From positions 130,758,001-130,822,000 of the forward strand of contig OZ024744.1 in assembly GCA_964016885.1 (NCBI GenBank): a stretch of 64,000 nucleotides of DNA. The letters are read 5' to 3'. The notes beneath the pieces were generated by a model. That model saw only the letters and a program-made list of their open reading frames with translations, was not told the origin of the DNA and searched no databases. This DNA is from Eledone cirrhosa. Taxonomy: Eukaryota. The first letter of the stretch is position 1; every line of letters begins with the position of its first letter. Positions 22,995-37,300 of this stretch are shown piece after piece. The position numbers were made by a program, and so were the translations under genes.

Positions 22995-25900
22995 AGTCGG
23001 GGTTAAGTTAAGTTGGCGTTAAGTTAAGTTGGGGTTAAGTTAAGTTGGGGTAAAGTTGGGGTTGAGTTAAGTTGGGGTTGAGTGAAGTTGGGGTTAAGTT
23101 AAGTTGGGGTTAAGTTAAGTTGGGGTTAAGATAAGTCGGGGTTAAGTTAAGTTGTGGTTGAGTTAAGTTGGGGTTAATTTAAGTTGGGGCTAAGTTAATT
23201 TGTGGTTAAGTTAAGTTGGGGTTAAGTTAAGTTGGGGTTAAGTTAAGTTGGGGTTGAGTTAAGTTGGGGCTGAGTTAATTTGGGTTTAAGTTAAGTTGGG
23301 GTTAAGTTAAGTTGGGTTTAAGTTAAGTTGGGGTTAAATTAAGTTGGGGTTAAATTAAGTTGGGGTTAAGTTAAGTTGGGGGTAAGTTAAGTTGGGGGAA
23401 AGTTAAGTTGGGGTTAATTTAAGTTGGGGTTAAATTAAGTTGGGGTTACGTTAAGTTGGTGTTAAGTTAAGTTGGGGTTAATTTAAGTTGGGGTTAATTA
23501 AGTTGGGGTTAAGTTAAGTTGGGGTTAAGTTAAGTTGGGGTTAATTTAAGTTGGGGTTGAGTTAAGTTGGGGTTAAGTTAAGTTGGGGTTATATTAAGTT
23601 GGGGTTAAGTTAAGTTGGGGTTCAGTTAAGTTGGGGTTAAGTTAAGTTGGGGTTAAGTTAAGTTGAGGTTAAGTTAAGTTGGGGTTAAGTTAAGTTGGTG
23701 TTAAGTTAAGTTGGGGCTAAGTTAAGTTGGGGCTGAGTTAAGTTGGGGCTGAGTTAAGTTGGGGCTAAGTTAAGTTGGGGTTGAGTTAAGTTGGGGTTAA
23801 GTTGGGGTTAAGTTAAGTTAGGTTTAAGTTAAGTTGGGGTTAAGTTAAGTTGGGGTTAAGTTAAGTTGGGGTTAAGTTAAGTTGGGGTTAAGTTAAGTTG
23901 GGGTTAAGTTAAGTTGGGGTGAAGTTAATTTGTGGTTAAGTTAAGTTGTGGTTAAGTTAAGTTGGGGTTAAGTTAAGTTGGGGTTAAGTTAAGTCGGGGT
24001 TAAGTTAAGTTGGGGTTAAGTTAAGTTGGGGTTAATTTAAGTTGGGGTTAAGTTAAGTTGGGGTTAAGTTAAGTTGGGGTTAAGTTAAGTCGGGGTTAAG
24101 TTAAGTTGGGGTTAAGTTAAGTTGGGGTTAATTTAAGTTGGGGTTAAGTTAAGTTGGGGTTAAGTTAAGTTGGGGTTAAGTTAAGTTGGGGTTAAGTTAA
24201 GTTGGGGATAATTTAAGTTGGGGTTTATTTAAGTTGGGGTTAAGTTAAGTTGGGATTCAGTTAAGTTGGGGTGAAGTTAAGTTGGGGTTAAGATGGGGTT
24301 AAATTAAGTTGGGGTTAAGTTAAGTTGGGGTTAAGTTAAGTTGGGGTTACGTTAAGTTGGGGTTAAGTTAAGTCGGGGTTAAGTTAAGTCGGGGTTAAGT
24401 TAAGTTAGGGTTCAGTTAAGTTGGGGTTAAGTTAAGTTGGGGTTGAGTTAAGTTGGGGTTGAGTTAAATTGGGGTTGAGTTAAGTTGGGGTTAATTAAGT
24501 GGTGGTTATGTTAAGTTGGGGTTAATTTAAATTGGGGTTAAGTTAACTTTGTGGTTAAGTTAAGTTGGGGTTAAGTTAAGTTGGGGTTAAGTTGGGGTTG
24601 AGTTAAGTTGGGGTTGAGTGAAGTTGGGGTTAAGTTAAGTTGGGGTAAAGTTAAGTTGGGGTTAAGTTAAGTCGGGGTTAAGTTAAGTTGTGGTTGAGTT
24701 AAGTTGGGGTTAATTTAAGTTGGGGCTAAGTTAATTTGTGGTTAAGTTAAGTTGGGCTTAAGTTAAGTTGGGGTTAAGTTAAGTTGGGGTTGAGTTAAGT
24801 TGGGGTTGAGGTAAGTTGGGGTTAAGTTAAGTTGGGGTCAAGTTAAGTTGGGGTTAAGTTGGGGTTAAGTTAAGTTAGGTTTAAGTTAAGTTGGGGTTAA
24901 GTTAAGTTGGGGTTAAGTTAAGTTGGGGTTAAGTTAAGTTGGGGTTAAGTTAAGTTGGGGTTAAGTTAAGTTGGGGTTAAGTTAAGTCGGGGTTAAGTTA
25001 AGTTGGGGTTAAGTTAAGTTGGGGTTAATTTAAGTTGGGGTTAAATTAAGTTGGGGTTAAGTTAAGTTGGGGTTAAGTTAAGTTGGGGTTAAGTTAAGTT
25101 GGGGTTAAATTAAGTTGGGGTTAAGTTAAGTTGGGGTTAAGTTAAGTTGGTGTTAAGTTAAGTTGGGGCTAAGTTAAGTTGGGGCTGAGTTAAGTTGGGG
25201 CTGAGTTAAGTTGGGGCTAAGTTAAGTTGGGTTTGAGTTAAGTTGGGGTTAAGTTGGGGTTAAGTTAAGTTAGGTTTAAGTTAAGTTGGGGTTAAGTTAA
25301 GTTGGGGTTAAGTTAAGTTGGGGTTAAGTTAAGTTGGGGCTAAGTTAAGTTGGGGCTAAGTTACGTTGGGGTTAAGTTAAGTTGGGGTTAAGTTAAGTCG
25401 GGGTTAAGTTAAGTTGGGGTTAAGTTAAGTTGGGGTTAATTTAAGTTGGGGTTAAGTTAATTTGGGGTTAAGTTAAGTTGGGGTTAAGTTAAGTTGGGGT
25501 TAAGTTAAGTCGGGGTTAATTTAAGTCGGGGTTAAGTTAAGTTAGGGTTCAGTTAAGTTGGGGTTAAGTTAAGTTGGGGTTGAGTTAAGTTGGGGTTGAG
25601 TTAAATTGGGGTTGAGTTAAGTTGGGGTTGAGTTAAGTTGGTGTTGAGTTAAGTTGGGGTTAAGTTAAGTTGGGGTTAAGTTAAGTTGCAGTTAAGTTAA
25701 GTTGAGGTTAAGTTAAGGTGGGGTTAAGTTAAGTCGGGGTTAAGTTAAGTTGTGGTTGAGTTAAGTTGGGGCTGAGTTAAGTTGGGGCTAAGTTAAGTTG
25801 GGGTTGAGTTAAGTTGGGGTTAAGTTGGGGTTAAGTTAAGTCGGGGTTAAGTTAAGTTGTGGTTGAGTTAAGTTGGGGTTAATTTAAGTTGGGGCTAAGT

Positions 25901-28900
25901 TAATTTGTGGTTAAGTTAAGTTGGGGTTAAGTTAAGTTGGGGTTAAGTTAAGTTGGGGTTGAGTTAAGTTGGGGTTGAGTTAAGTTGGGGTTAAGTTAAG
26001 TTGGGGTCAAGTTAAGTTGGGGTTAAGTTGGGGTTAAGTTAAGTTAGGTTTAAGTTAAGTTGGGGTTAAGTTAAGTTGGGGTTAAGTTAAGTTGGGGTTA
26101 AGTTAAGTTGGGGTTAAGTTAAGTTGGGGTTAAGTTAATTTGTGGTTAAGTTAAGTTGGGGTTAAGTTAAGTTGGGGTTAAGTTAAGTCGGGGTTAAGTT
26201 AAGTTGGGGTTAAGTTAAGTTGGGGTTAATTTAAGTTGGGGTTAAGTTAAGTTGGGGTTAAATTAAGTTGGGGTTAAGTTAAGTTGGGGTTAAGTTAAGT
26301 TGGTGTTAAGTTAAGTTGGGGCTAAGTTAAGTTGGGGCTGAGTTAAGTTGGGGCTGAGTTAAGTTGGGGCTAAGTTAAGTTGGGGTTGAGTTAAGTTGGG
26401 GTTAAGTTGGGGTTAAGTTAAGTTAGGTTTAAGTTAAGTTGGGGTTAAGTTAAGTTGGGGTTAAGTTAAGTTGGGGTTAAGTTAAGTTGGGGTTAAGTTA
26501 AGTTGGGGTTAAGTTAAGTCGGGGTTAAATTAAGTTGGGGTTAAGTTAAGTTGGGGTTAATTTAAGTTGGGGTTAAGTTATGTTGGGGTTAAGTTAATTG
26601 GGGTTAAGTTAAGTTGGGGATAATTTAAGTTGGGGTTAAGTTAAGTTGGGTTTAAGTTAAGTTGGGGTTAAGTTAAGTTGGGGCTAAGTTAAGTTGGGGC
26701 TAAGTTAAGTTGGGGTTAAGTTAAGTTGGGGTTAAGTTAAGTCGGGGTTAAGTTAAGTTGGGGTTAAGTTAAGTTGGGGTTAATTTAAGTTGGGGTTGAG
26801 TTAAGTTGGTGTTGAGTTAAGTTGGGGTTAAGTTAAGTTGGGGTTAAGTTAAGTTGCAGTTAAGTTAAGTTGGGGTTAAGTTAATTTGGGGTTGAGTTAA
26901 TTCGGGGTTAAGTTAAGTTGGGGTCAAGTTAAGTTGGGGTTAAGTTGGGGTTAAGTTAAGTTAGGTTTAAGTTAAGTTGGGGTTAAGTTAAGTTGGGGTT
27001 AAGTTAAGTTGGGGTTAAGTTAAGTTGGGGTTAAGTTAAGTTGGGGTTAAGTTAAGTCGGGGTTAAGTTAAGTTGGGGTTAAGTTAAGTTGGGGTTAAGT
27101 TAAGTTGGGGTTAAGTTAAGTTGGGGTTAAATTAAGTTGGGGTTAAGTTAAGTTGAGGTTAAGTTAAGTTGGGGTTAAATTAAGTTGGGGTTAAGTTAAG
27201 TTGGGGTTAAGTTAAGTTGGGGTTAAGTTAAGTTGGGGATAAGTTAAGTTGGGGATAATTTAAGTTGGGGTTAAGTTAAGTTGGGTTTAAGTTAAGTTGG
27301 GGTTAAGTTAAGTTGGGGTTAATTTAAGTTGGGGTTAAGTTAAGTTGGGGTTAAGTTAAGTTGGGGTTAAGTTAAGTTGGGGTTAAGTTAAGTTGGGGTT
27401 AAGTTAAGTTGGGGTTAAGTTAAGTTGGGGTTAAGTTAAGTTGAGGTTAAGTTAAGTTGGGGTTAAATTAAGTTGGGGTTAAGTTAAGTTGGGGTTAAGT
27501 TAAGTTGGGGTTAAGTTAAGTTGGGGATAAGTTAAGTTGGGGATAATTTAAGTTGGGGTTAAGTTAAGTTGGGTTTAAGTTAAGTTGGGGTTAAGTTAAG
27601 TTGGGGTTAATTTAAGTTGGGGTTAAGTTAAGTTGGGGCTAAGTTAAGTTGGGGCTGAGTTAAGTTGGGGTTAAGTTAAGTTGGGGTTAAGTTAAGTTGG
27701 GGTTAATTTAAGTTGGGGTTTATTTAAGTTGGGGTTAAGTTAAGTTGGGGTTCAGTTAAGTTGGGGTTAAGTTAAGTTGGTGTTAAGATGGGGTTAAATT
27801 AAGTTGGGGTTAAGTTAAGTTGGGGTTAAGTTAAGTTGGGGTTAAGTTAAGTTGGGGTTAAGTTAAGTCGGGGTTAAGTTAAGTCGGGGTTAAGTTAAGT
27901 TAGGGTTCAGTTAATTGGGGTTAAGTTAAGTTGGGGTTGAGTTAAGTTGGGGTTGAGTTAAATTGGGGTTGAGTTAAGTTGGGGTTGAGTTAAGTTGGTG
28001 TTGAGTTAAGTTGGGGTTAAGTTAAGTTGGGGTTAAATTAAGTTGGGGTTAAATTAAGTTGGGGTTAAGTTAAGTTGGGGGTAAGTTAAGTTGGGGGCAA
28101 GTTAAGTTGGGGTTAATTTAAGTTGGGGTTAAATTAAGTTGGGGTTACGTTAAGTTGGTGCTAAGTTAAGTTGGGGTTAATTTAAGTTGGGGTTAATTAA
28201 GTTGGGGTTAAGTTAAGTTGGGGTTAAGTTAAGTTGGGGTTAATTTAAGTTGGGGTTGAGTTAAGTTGGGGTTAAGTTAATTTGGGGTTATATTAAGTTG
28301 GGGTTAAGTTAAGTTGTGGTTCAGTTAAGTTGGGGTTAAGTTAAGTTGGAGTTAAGTTAAGTTGGTGTTAAGTTAAGTTGGGGCTAAGTTAAGTTGGGGC
28401 TGAGTTAAGTTGGGGCTGAGTTAAGTTGGGGCTAAATTAAGTTGGGGTTGAGTTAAGTTGGGGTTAAGTTGGGGTTAAGTTAAGTTAGGTTTAAGTTAAG
28501 TTGGGGTTAAGTTAAGTTGGGGTTAAGTTAAGTTGGGGTTAAGTTAAGTTGGGGTTAAGTTAAGTTGGGGTTAAGTTAAGTTGGGGTTAAGTTAATTTGT
28601 GGTTAAGTTAAGTTGTGGTTAAGTTAAGTTGGGGTTAAGTTAAGTTGGGGTTAATTTAAGTTGGGGTTAAGTTAAGTTGGGGTTAAGTTAAGTTGGGGTT
28701 AAGTTAAGTTGGGGTTAAGTTAAGTTGGGGATAATTTAAGTTGGGGTTAAGTTAAGTTTGAGTTTAAGTTAAGTTGGGGTTAAGTTAAGTTGGTTAGTTA
28801 AGTTGAGTTTAAGTTAAGTTGGGGTTAATTTAAGTTGGGTTAAGTTAAGTTGGGGTTAAGTTAAGTTGGGGTTAAGTTAAGTTGGGGTTAAGTTAAGTTG

Positions 28901-28905
28901 GGGTT

Positions 28906-29080
28906 AACCCCAACTTAACTTAACCCCAACTTCACTCAACCCCAACGTAACTCAACCCCAACTTAACTTAACCCCAACTTCACTCAACCCCAACTTAACT
29001 TAACCCCAACTTCACTCAACCCCAACTTCCAACTTGACTTAACCCCAACTTAACTTAGCCCCAACTTAACTTAAGCCCAA
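28906..29080 (-). repeat. Inverted satellite cassette, type A (A1 context)
   Basis: As 17674. Confidence 0.97.
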
Positions 29081-31605
29081 AGTCGGGGTTAAGTTAAGTT
29101 GGCGTTAAGTTAAGTTGGCGTTAAGTTAAGTTAGGCTTAACTTAAGTTGGGGTTCAGTTAAGTTGGGGGTAAGTTAAGTTGGGGTTCAGTTAAGTTAGGG
29201 TTAAGTTAAGTTGGGGTTGAGTAAAGTTGGGGTTAATTAAGTGGTGGTTATGTTAAGTTGGGGTTAAGTTAAGTTGGGGTTAATTTAAATTGGGGTTAAG
29301 TTAACTTTGTGGTTAAGTTAAGTTGGGGTTAAGTTAAGTTGGGGTAAAGTTGGGGTTGAGTTAAGTTGGGGTTGAGTGAAGTTGGGGTTAAGTTAAGTTG
29401 GGGTTAAGTTAAGTTGGGGTTAAGATAAGTCGGGGTTAAGTTAAGTTGTGGTTGCGTTAAGTTGGGGTTAATTTAAGTTGGGGCTAAGTTAATTTGTGGT
29501 TAAGTTAAGTTGGGGTTAAGTTAAGTTGGGGTTAAGTTAAGTTGGGGTTGAGTTAAGTTGGGGCTGAGTTAATTTGGGTTTAAGTTAAGTTGGGGTTAAG
29601 TTAAGTTGGGGCTAAGTTAAGTTGGGGCTGAGTTAAGTTGGGGCTGAGTTAAGTTGGGGTTAAATTAAGTTGGGGTTACGTTAAGTTGGTGTTAAGTTAA
29701 GTTGGGGGTAAGTTAAGTTGGGGGCAAGTTAAGTTGGGGTTAATTTAAGTTGGGGTTAAATTAAGTTGGGGTTACGTTAAGTTGGTGTTAAGTTAAGTTG
29801 GGGTTAATTTAAGTTGGGGTTAATTAAGTTGGGGTTAAGTTAAGTTGGGGTTAAGTTAAGTTGGGGTTAATTTAAGTTGGGGTTGAGTTAAGTTGGGGTT
29901 AAGTTAAGTTGGGGTTATATTAAGTTGGGGTTAAGTTAAGTTGGGGTTCGGTTAAGTTGGGGTTAAGTTAAGTTGGGGTTAAGTTAAGTTGGGGCTAAGT
30001 TAAGTTGGGGCTGAGTTAAGTTGGGGCTGAGTTAAGTTGGGGCTAAGTTAAGTTGGGGTTGAGTTAAGTTGGGGTTAAGTTGGGGTTAAGTTAAGTTAGG
30101 TTTAAGTTAAGTTGGGGTTAAGTTAAGTTGGGGTTAAGTTAAGTTGGGGTTAAGTTAAGTTGGGGTTAAGTTAAGTTGGGGTTAAGTTAAGTTGGGGTTA
30201 AGTTAAGTTGGGGTTAAGTTAATTTGTGGTTAAGTTAAGTTGTGGTTAAGTTGGGGTTAAGTTAAGTTGGGGTTAAGTTAAGTCGGGGTTAAGTTAAGTT
30301 GGGGTTAAGTTAAGTTGGGGTTAATTAAGTTGGGGTTAAGTTAAGTTGGGGTTAAGTTAAGTTGGGGTTAATTTAAGTTGGGGTTGAGTTAAGTTGGGGT
30401 TGAGTTAAATTGGGGTTGAGTTAAGTTGGGTTGAGTTAAGTTGGTGTTGAGTTAAGTTGGGGTTGAGTTAAGTTGGGGTTAAATTAAGTTGGGGTTAAAT
30501 TAAGTTGGGGTTAAGTTAAGTTGGGGGTAAGTTAAGTTGGGGGCAAGTTAAGTTGGGGTTAATTTAAGTTGGGGTTAAATTAAGTTGGGGTTACGTTAAG
30601 TTGGTGCTAAGTTAAGTTGGGGTTAATTTAAGTTGGGGTTAATTAAGTTGGGGTTAAGTTAAGTTGGGGTTAAGTTAAGTTGGGGTTAATTTAAGTTGGG
30701 GTTGAGTTAAGTTGGGGTTAAGTTAATTTGGGGTTATATTAAGTTGGGGTTAAGTTAAGTTGGGGTTCAGTTAAGTTGGGGTTAAGTTAAGTTGGGGTTA
30801 AGTTAAGTTGAGGTTAAGTTAAGTTGGGGTTAAGTTAAGTTGGTGTTAAGTTAAGTTGGGGCTAAGTTAAGTTGGGGCTGAGTTAAGTTGGGGCTGAGTT
30901 AAGTTGGGGCTAAATTAAGTTGGGGTTGAGTTAAGTTGGGGTTAAGTTGGGGTTAAGTTATGTTAGGTTTAAGTTAAGTTGGGGTTAAGTTAAGTTGGGG
31001 TTAAGTTAAGTTGGGGTTAAGTTAAGTTGGGGTTAAGTTAAGTTGGGGTTAAGTTAAGTTGGGGTTAAGTTAATTTGTGGTTAAGTTAAGTTGTGGTTAA
31101 GTTAAGTTGGGGTTAAGTTAAGTTGGGGTTAATTTAAGTTGGGGTTAAGTTAAGTTGGGGTTAAGTTAAGTTGGGGTTAAGTTAAGTTGGGGTTAAGTTA
31201 AGTTGGGGATAATTTTAGTTGGGGTTAAGTTAAGTTTGAGTTTAAGTTAAGTTGGGGTTAAGTTAAGTTGGGGTTAAGTTAAGTTGGGGTTAAGTTAAGT
31301 TGGTTAGTTAAGTTGAGTTTAAGTTAAGTTGGGGTTAATTTAAGTTGGGGTTAAGTTAAGCTGGGGTTAAGTTAAGTTGGGGTTAAGTTAAGTTGGGGTT
31401 AATTTAAGTTGGGGTTAAGTTAAGTTGGGGTTAAGTTAAGTCGGGGTTAAGTTAAGTTGGGGTTAAGTTAAGTTGGGGTTAAGTTAAGTTGGGGTTAAGT
31501 TAAGTTGGTTAGTTAAGTTGAGTTTAAGTTAAGTTGGGGTTAATTTAAGTTGGGGTTAAGTTAAGTTGGGGTTAAGTTAAGTTGGGGTTAAGTTAAGTTG
31601 GGGTT

Positions 31606-31780
31606 AACCCCAACTTAACTTAACCCCAACTTCACTCAACCCCAACGTAACTCAACCCCAACTTAACTTAACCCCAACTTCACTCAACCCCAACTTAACT
31701 TAACCCCAACTTCACTCAACCCCAACTTCCAACTTGACTTAACCCCAACTTAACTTAGCCCCAACTTAACTTAAGCCCAA
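31606..31780 (-). repeat. Inverted satellite cassette, type A (A2 context)
   Basis: As 20422. Confidence 0.97.
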
Positions 31781-34147
31781 AGTCGGGGTTAAGTTAAGTT
31801 GGCGTTAAGTTAAGTTGGGGTTAAGTTAAGTTGGGGTAAAGTTGGGGTTGAGTTAAGTTGGGGTTGAGTGAAGTTGGGGTTAAGTTAAGTTGGGGTTAAG
31901 TTAAGTTGGGGTTAAGATAAGTCGGGGTTAAGTTAAGTTGTGGTTGAGTTAAGTTGGGGTTAATTTAAGTTGGGGCTAAGTTAATTTGTGGTTAAGTTAA
32001 GTTGGGGTTAAGTTAAGTTGGGGTTAAGTTAAGTTGGGTTTAAGTTAAGTTGGGGTTAAATTAAGTTGGGGTTAAATTAAGTTGGGGTTAAGTTAAGTTG
32101 GGGGTAAGTTAAGTTGGGGGAAAGTTAAGTTGGGGTTAATTTAAGTTGGGGTTAAATTAAGTTGGGGTTACGTTAAGTTGGTGTTAAGTTAAGTTGGGGT
32201 TAATTTAAGTTGGGGCTAATTAAGTTGGGGTTAAGTTAAGTTGGGGTTAAGTTAAGTTGGGGTTAATTTAAGTTGGGGTTGAGTTAAGTTGGGGTTAAGT
32301 TAAGTTGGGGTTATATTAAGTTGGGGTTAAGTTAAGTTGGGGTTCAGTTAAGTTGGGGTTAAGTTAAGTTGGGGTTAAGTTAAGTTGAGGTTAAGTTAAG
32401 TTGGGGTTAAGTTAAGTTGTTGTTAAGTTAAGTTGGGGCTAAGTTAAGTTGGGGCTGAGTTAAGTTGGGGCTGATTTAAGTTGGGGCTAAGTTAAGTTGG
32501 GGTTGAGTTAAGTTGGGGTTAAGTTGGGGTTAATTAAGTTAGGTTTAAGTTAAGTTGGGGTTAAGTTAAGTTGGGGTTAAGTTAAGTTGGGGTTAAGTTA
32601 AGTTGGGGTTAAGTTAAGTTGGGGTTAAGTTAAGTTGGGGTTAAGTTAATTTGTGGTTAAGTTAAGTTGTGGTTAAGTTAAGTTGGGGTTAAGTTAAGTT
32701 GGGGTTAAGTTAAGTCGGGGTTAAGTTAAGTTGGGGTTAAGTTAAGTTGGGGTTAATTTAAGTTGGGGTTAAGTTAAGTTGGGGTTAAGTTAAGTTGGGG
32801 TTAAGTTAAGTCGGGGTTAAGTTAAGTTGGGGTTAAGTTAAGTTGGGGTTAATTTAAGTTGGGGTTAAGTTAAGTTGGGGTTAAGTTAAGTTGGGGTTAA
32901 GTTAAGTTGGGGTTAAGTTAAGTTGGGGATAATTTAAGTTGGGGTTTATTTAAGTTGGGGTTAAGTTAAGTTGGGGTTCAGTTAAGTTGGGGTTAAGTTA
33001 AGTTGGGGTTAAGATGGGGTTAAATTAAGTTGGGGTTAAGTTAAGTTGGGGTTAAGTTAAGTTGGGGTTAAGTTAAGTTGGGGTTAAGTTAAGTCGGGGT
33101 TAAGTTAAGTCGGGGTTAAGTTAAGTTAGGGTTCAGTTAAGTTGGGGTTAAGTTAAGTTGGGGTTAAGTTAAGTTGGGGTTAAATTAAGTTGGGGTTAAG
33201 TTAAGTTAGGGTTAAGTTAAGTTGAGGTTAAGTTAAGTTGGGGTTAAGTTAAGTTGGTGTTAAGTTAAGTTGGGGCTAAGTTAAGTTGGCGCTGAGTTAA
33301 GTTGGGGCTGAGTTAAGTTGGGGCTAAGTTAAGTTGGGGTTGAGTTAAGTTGGGGTTAAGTTGGGGTTAAGTTAAGTTAGGTTTAAGTTAAGTTGGGTTT
33401 AAGTTAAGTTGGGGTTAAGTTAAGTTGGGGTTAAGTTAAGTTGGGGTTAAGTTAAGTTGGGGTTAAGTTAAGTTGGGGTTAAGTTAATTTGTGGTTAAGT
33501 TAAGTTGTGGTTAAGTTAAGTTGGGGTTAAGTTAAGTTGGGGTTAAGTTAAGTCGGGGTTAAGTTAAGTTGGGGTTAAGTTAAGTTGGGGTTAAGTTAAG
33601 TTGGGGTTAAGTTAAGTTGGGGTTAAGTTAAGTCGGGGTTAAGTTAAGTTGGGGTTAAGTTAAGTTGGGGTTAATTTAAGTTGGGGTTAAGTTAAGTTGG
33701 GGTTAAGTTAAGTTGGGGTTAAGTTAAGTTGGGGTTAAGTTAAGTTGGGGATAATTTAAGTTGGGGTTAAGTTAAGTTTGAGTTTAAGTTAAGTTGGGGT
33801 TAAGTTAAGTTGGGGTTAAGTTAAGTTGGGGTTAAGTTAAGTTGGTTAGTTAAGTTGAGTTTAAGTTAAGTTGGGGTTAATTTAAGTTGGGGTTAAGTTA
33901 AGCTGGGGTTAAGTTAAGTTGGGGTTAAGTTAAGTTGGGGTTAATTTAAGTTGGGGTTAAGTTAAGTTGGGGTTAAGTTAAGTCGGGGTTAAGTTAAGTT
34001 GGGGTTAAGTTAAGTTGGGGTTAAGTTAAGTTGGGGTTAAGTTAAGTTGGTTAGTTAAGTTGAGTTTAAGTTAAGTTGGGGTTAATTTAAGTTGGGGTTA
34101 AGTTAAGTTGGGGTTAAGTTAAGTTGGGGTTAAGTTAAGTTGGGGTT

Positions 34148-34322
34148 AACCCCAACTTAACTTAACCCCAACTTCACTCAACCCCAACGTAACTCAACCC
34201 CAACTTAACTTAACCCCAACTTCACTCAACCCCAACTTAACTTAACCCCAACGTCACTCAACCCCAACTTCCAACTTGACTTAACCCCAACTTAACTTAG
34301 CCCCAACTTAACTTAAGCCCAA
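34148..34322 (-). repeat. Inverted satellite cassette, type A (A2 context), AACGTCACTC variant
   Basis: Type A with a T>G change shared only with the 41231 copy. Confidence 0.97.
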
Positions 34323-37300
34323 AGTCGGGGTTAAGTTAAGTTGGCGTTAAGTTAAGTTGGGGTTAAGTTAAGTTGGGGTAAAGTTGGGGTTGAGTTAAGT
34401 TGGGGTTGAGTGAAGTTGGGGTTAAGTTAAGTTGGGGTTAAGTTAAGTTGGGGTTAAGATAAGTCGGGGTTAAGTTAAGTTGTGGTTGAGTTAAGTTGGG
34501 GTTAATTTAAGTTGGGGCTAAGTTAATTTGTGGTTAAGTTAAGTTGGGGTTAAGTTAAGTTGGGGTTAAGTTAAGTTGGGGTTGAGTTAAGTTGGGGCTG
34601 AGTTAATTTGGGTTTAAGTTAAGTTGGGGTTAAGTTAAGTTGGGTTTAAGTTAAGTTGGGGTTAAATTAAGTTGGGGTTAAATTAAGTTGGGGTTAAGTT
34701 AAGTTGGGGGTAAGTTAAGTTGGGGGAAAGTTAAGTTGGGGTTAATTTAAGTTGGGGTTAAATTAAGTTGGGGTTACGTTAAGTTGGTGTTAAGTTAAGT
34801 TGGGGTTAATTTAAGTTGGGGTTAATTAAGTTGGGGTTAAGTTAAGTTGGGGTTAAGTTAAGTTGGGGTTAATTTAAGTTGGGGTTGAGTTAAGTTGGGG
34901 TTAAGTTAAGTTGGGGTTATATTAAGTTGGGGTTAAGTTAAGTTGGGGTTCAGTTAAGTTGGGGTTAAGTTAAGTTGGGGTTAAGTTAAGTTGAGGTTAA
35001 GTTAAGTTGGGGTTAAGTTAAGTTGGTGTTAAGTTAAGTTGGGGCTAAGTTAAGTTGGGGCTGAGTTAAGTTGGGGCTGAGTTAAGTTGGGGCTAAGTTA
35101 AGTTGGGGTTGAGTTAAGTTGGGGTTAAGTTGGGGTTAAGTTAAGTTAGGTTTAAGTTAAGTTGGGGTTAAGTTAAGTTGGGGTTAAGTTAAGTTGGGGT
35201 TAAGTTAAGTTGGGGTTAAGTTAAGTTGGGGTTAAGTTAAGTTGGGGTTAAGTTAATTTGTGGTTAAGTTAAGTTGTGGTTAAGTTAAGTTGGGGTTAAG
35301 TTAAGTTGGGGTTAAGTTAAGTCGGGGTTAAGTTAAGTTGGGGTTAAGTTAAGTTGGGGTTAATTTAAGTTGGGGTTAAGTTAAGTTGGGGTTAAGTTAA
35401 GTTGGGGTTAAGTTAAGTCGGGGTTAAGTTAAGTTGGGGTTAAGTTAAGTTGGGGTTAATTTAAGTTGGGGTTAAGTTAAGTTGGGGTTAAGTTAAGTTG
35501 GGGTTAAGTTAAGTTGGGGTTAAGTTAAGTTGGGGATAATTTAAGTTGGGGTTTATTTAAGTTGGGGTTAAGTTAAGTTGGGGTTCAGTTAAGTTGGGGT
35601 TAAGTTAAGTTGGGGTTAAGATGGGGTTAAATTAAGTTGGGGTTAAGTTAAGTTGGGGTTAAGTTAAGTTGGGGTTAAGTTAAGTTGGGGTTAAGTTAAG
35701 TCGGGGTTAAGTTAAGTCGGGGTTAAGTTAAGTTAGGGTTCAGTTAAGTTGGGGTTAAGTTAAGTTGGGGTTGAGTTAAGTTGGGGTTGAGTTAAATTGG
35801 GGTTGAGTTAAGTTGGGTTTGAGTTAAGTTGGTGTTGAGTTAAGTTGGGGTTAAGTTAAGTTGGGGTTAAATTAAGTTGGGGTTAAGTTAAGTTAGGGTT
35901 AAGTTAAGTTGAGGTTAAGTTAAGTTGGGGTTAAGTTAAGTTGGTGTTAAGTTAAGTTGGGGCTAAGTTAAGTTGGCGCTGAGTTAAGTTGGGGCTGAGT
36001 TAAGTTGGGGCTAAGTTAAGTTGGGGTTGAGTTAAGTTGGGGTTAAGTTGGGGTTAAGTTAAGTTAGGTTTAAGTTAAGTTGGGTTTAAGTTAAGTTGGG
36101 GTTAAGTTAAGTTGGGGTTAAGTTAAGTTGGGGTTAAGTTAAGTTGGGGTTAAGTTAAGTTGGGGTTAAGTTAATTTGTGGTTAAGTTAAGTTGTGGTTA
36201 AGTTAAGTTGGGGTTAAGTTAAGTTGGGGTTAAGTTAAGTCGGGGTTAAGTTAAGTTGGGGTTAAGTTAAGTTGGGGTTAAGTTAAGTTGGGGTTAAGTT
36301 AAGTTGGGGTTAAGTTAAGTCGGGGTTAAGTTAAGTTGGGGTTAAGTTAAGTTGGGGTTAATTTAAGTTGGGGTTAAGTTAAGTTGGGGTTAAGTTAAGT
36401 TGGGGTTAAGTTAAGTTGGGGTTAAGTTAAGTTGGGGATAATTTAAGTTGGGGTTAAGTTAAGTTTGAGTTTAAGTTAAGTTGGGGTTAAGTTAAGTTGG
36501 GGTTAAGATAAGTCGGGGTTAAGTTAAGTTGTGGTTGCGTTAAGTTGGGGTTAATTTAAGTTGGGGCTAAGTTAATTTGTGGTTAAGTTAAGTTGGGGTT
36601 AAGTTAAGTTGGGGTTAAGTTAAGTTGGGGTTGAGTTAAGTTGGGGCTGAGTTAATTTGGGTTTAAGTTAAGTTGGGGTTAAGTTAAGTTGGGGCTAAGT
36701 TAAGTTGGGGCTGAGTTAAGTTGGGGCTGAGTTAAGTTGGGGTTAAATTAAGTTGGGGTTACGTTAAGTTGGTGTTAAGTTAAGTTGGGGGTAAGTTAAG
36801 TTGGGGGCAAGTTAAGTTGGGGTTAATTTAAGTTGGGGTTAAATTAAGTTGGGGTTACGTTAAGTTGGTGTTAAGTTAAGTTGGGGTTAATTTAAGTTGG
36901 GGTTAATTAAGTTGGGGTTAAGTTAAGTTGGGGTTAAGTTAAGTTGGGGTTAATTTAAGTTGGGGTTGAGTTAAGTTGGGGTTAAGTTAAGTTGGGGTTA
37001 TATTAAGTTGGGGTTAAGTTAAGTTGGGGTTCGGTTAAGTTGGGGTTAAGTTAAGTTGGGGTTAAGTTAAGTTGGGGCTAAGTTAAGTTGGGGCTGAGTT
37101 AAGTTGGGGCTGAGTTAAGTTGGGGCTAAGTTAAGTTGGGGTTGAGTTAAGTTGGGGTTAAGTTGGGGTTAAGTTAAGTTAGGTTTAAGTTAAGTTGGGG
37201 TTAAGTTAAGTTGGGGTTAAGTTAAGTTGGGGTTAAGTTAAGTTGGGGTTAAGTTAAGTTGGGGTTAAGTTAAGTTGGGGTTAAGTTAAGTTGGGGTTAA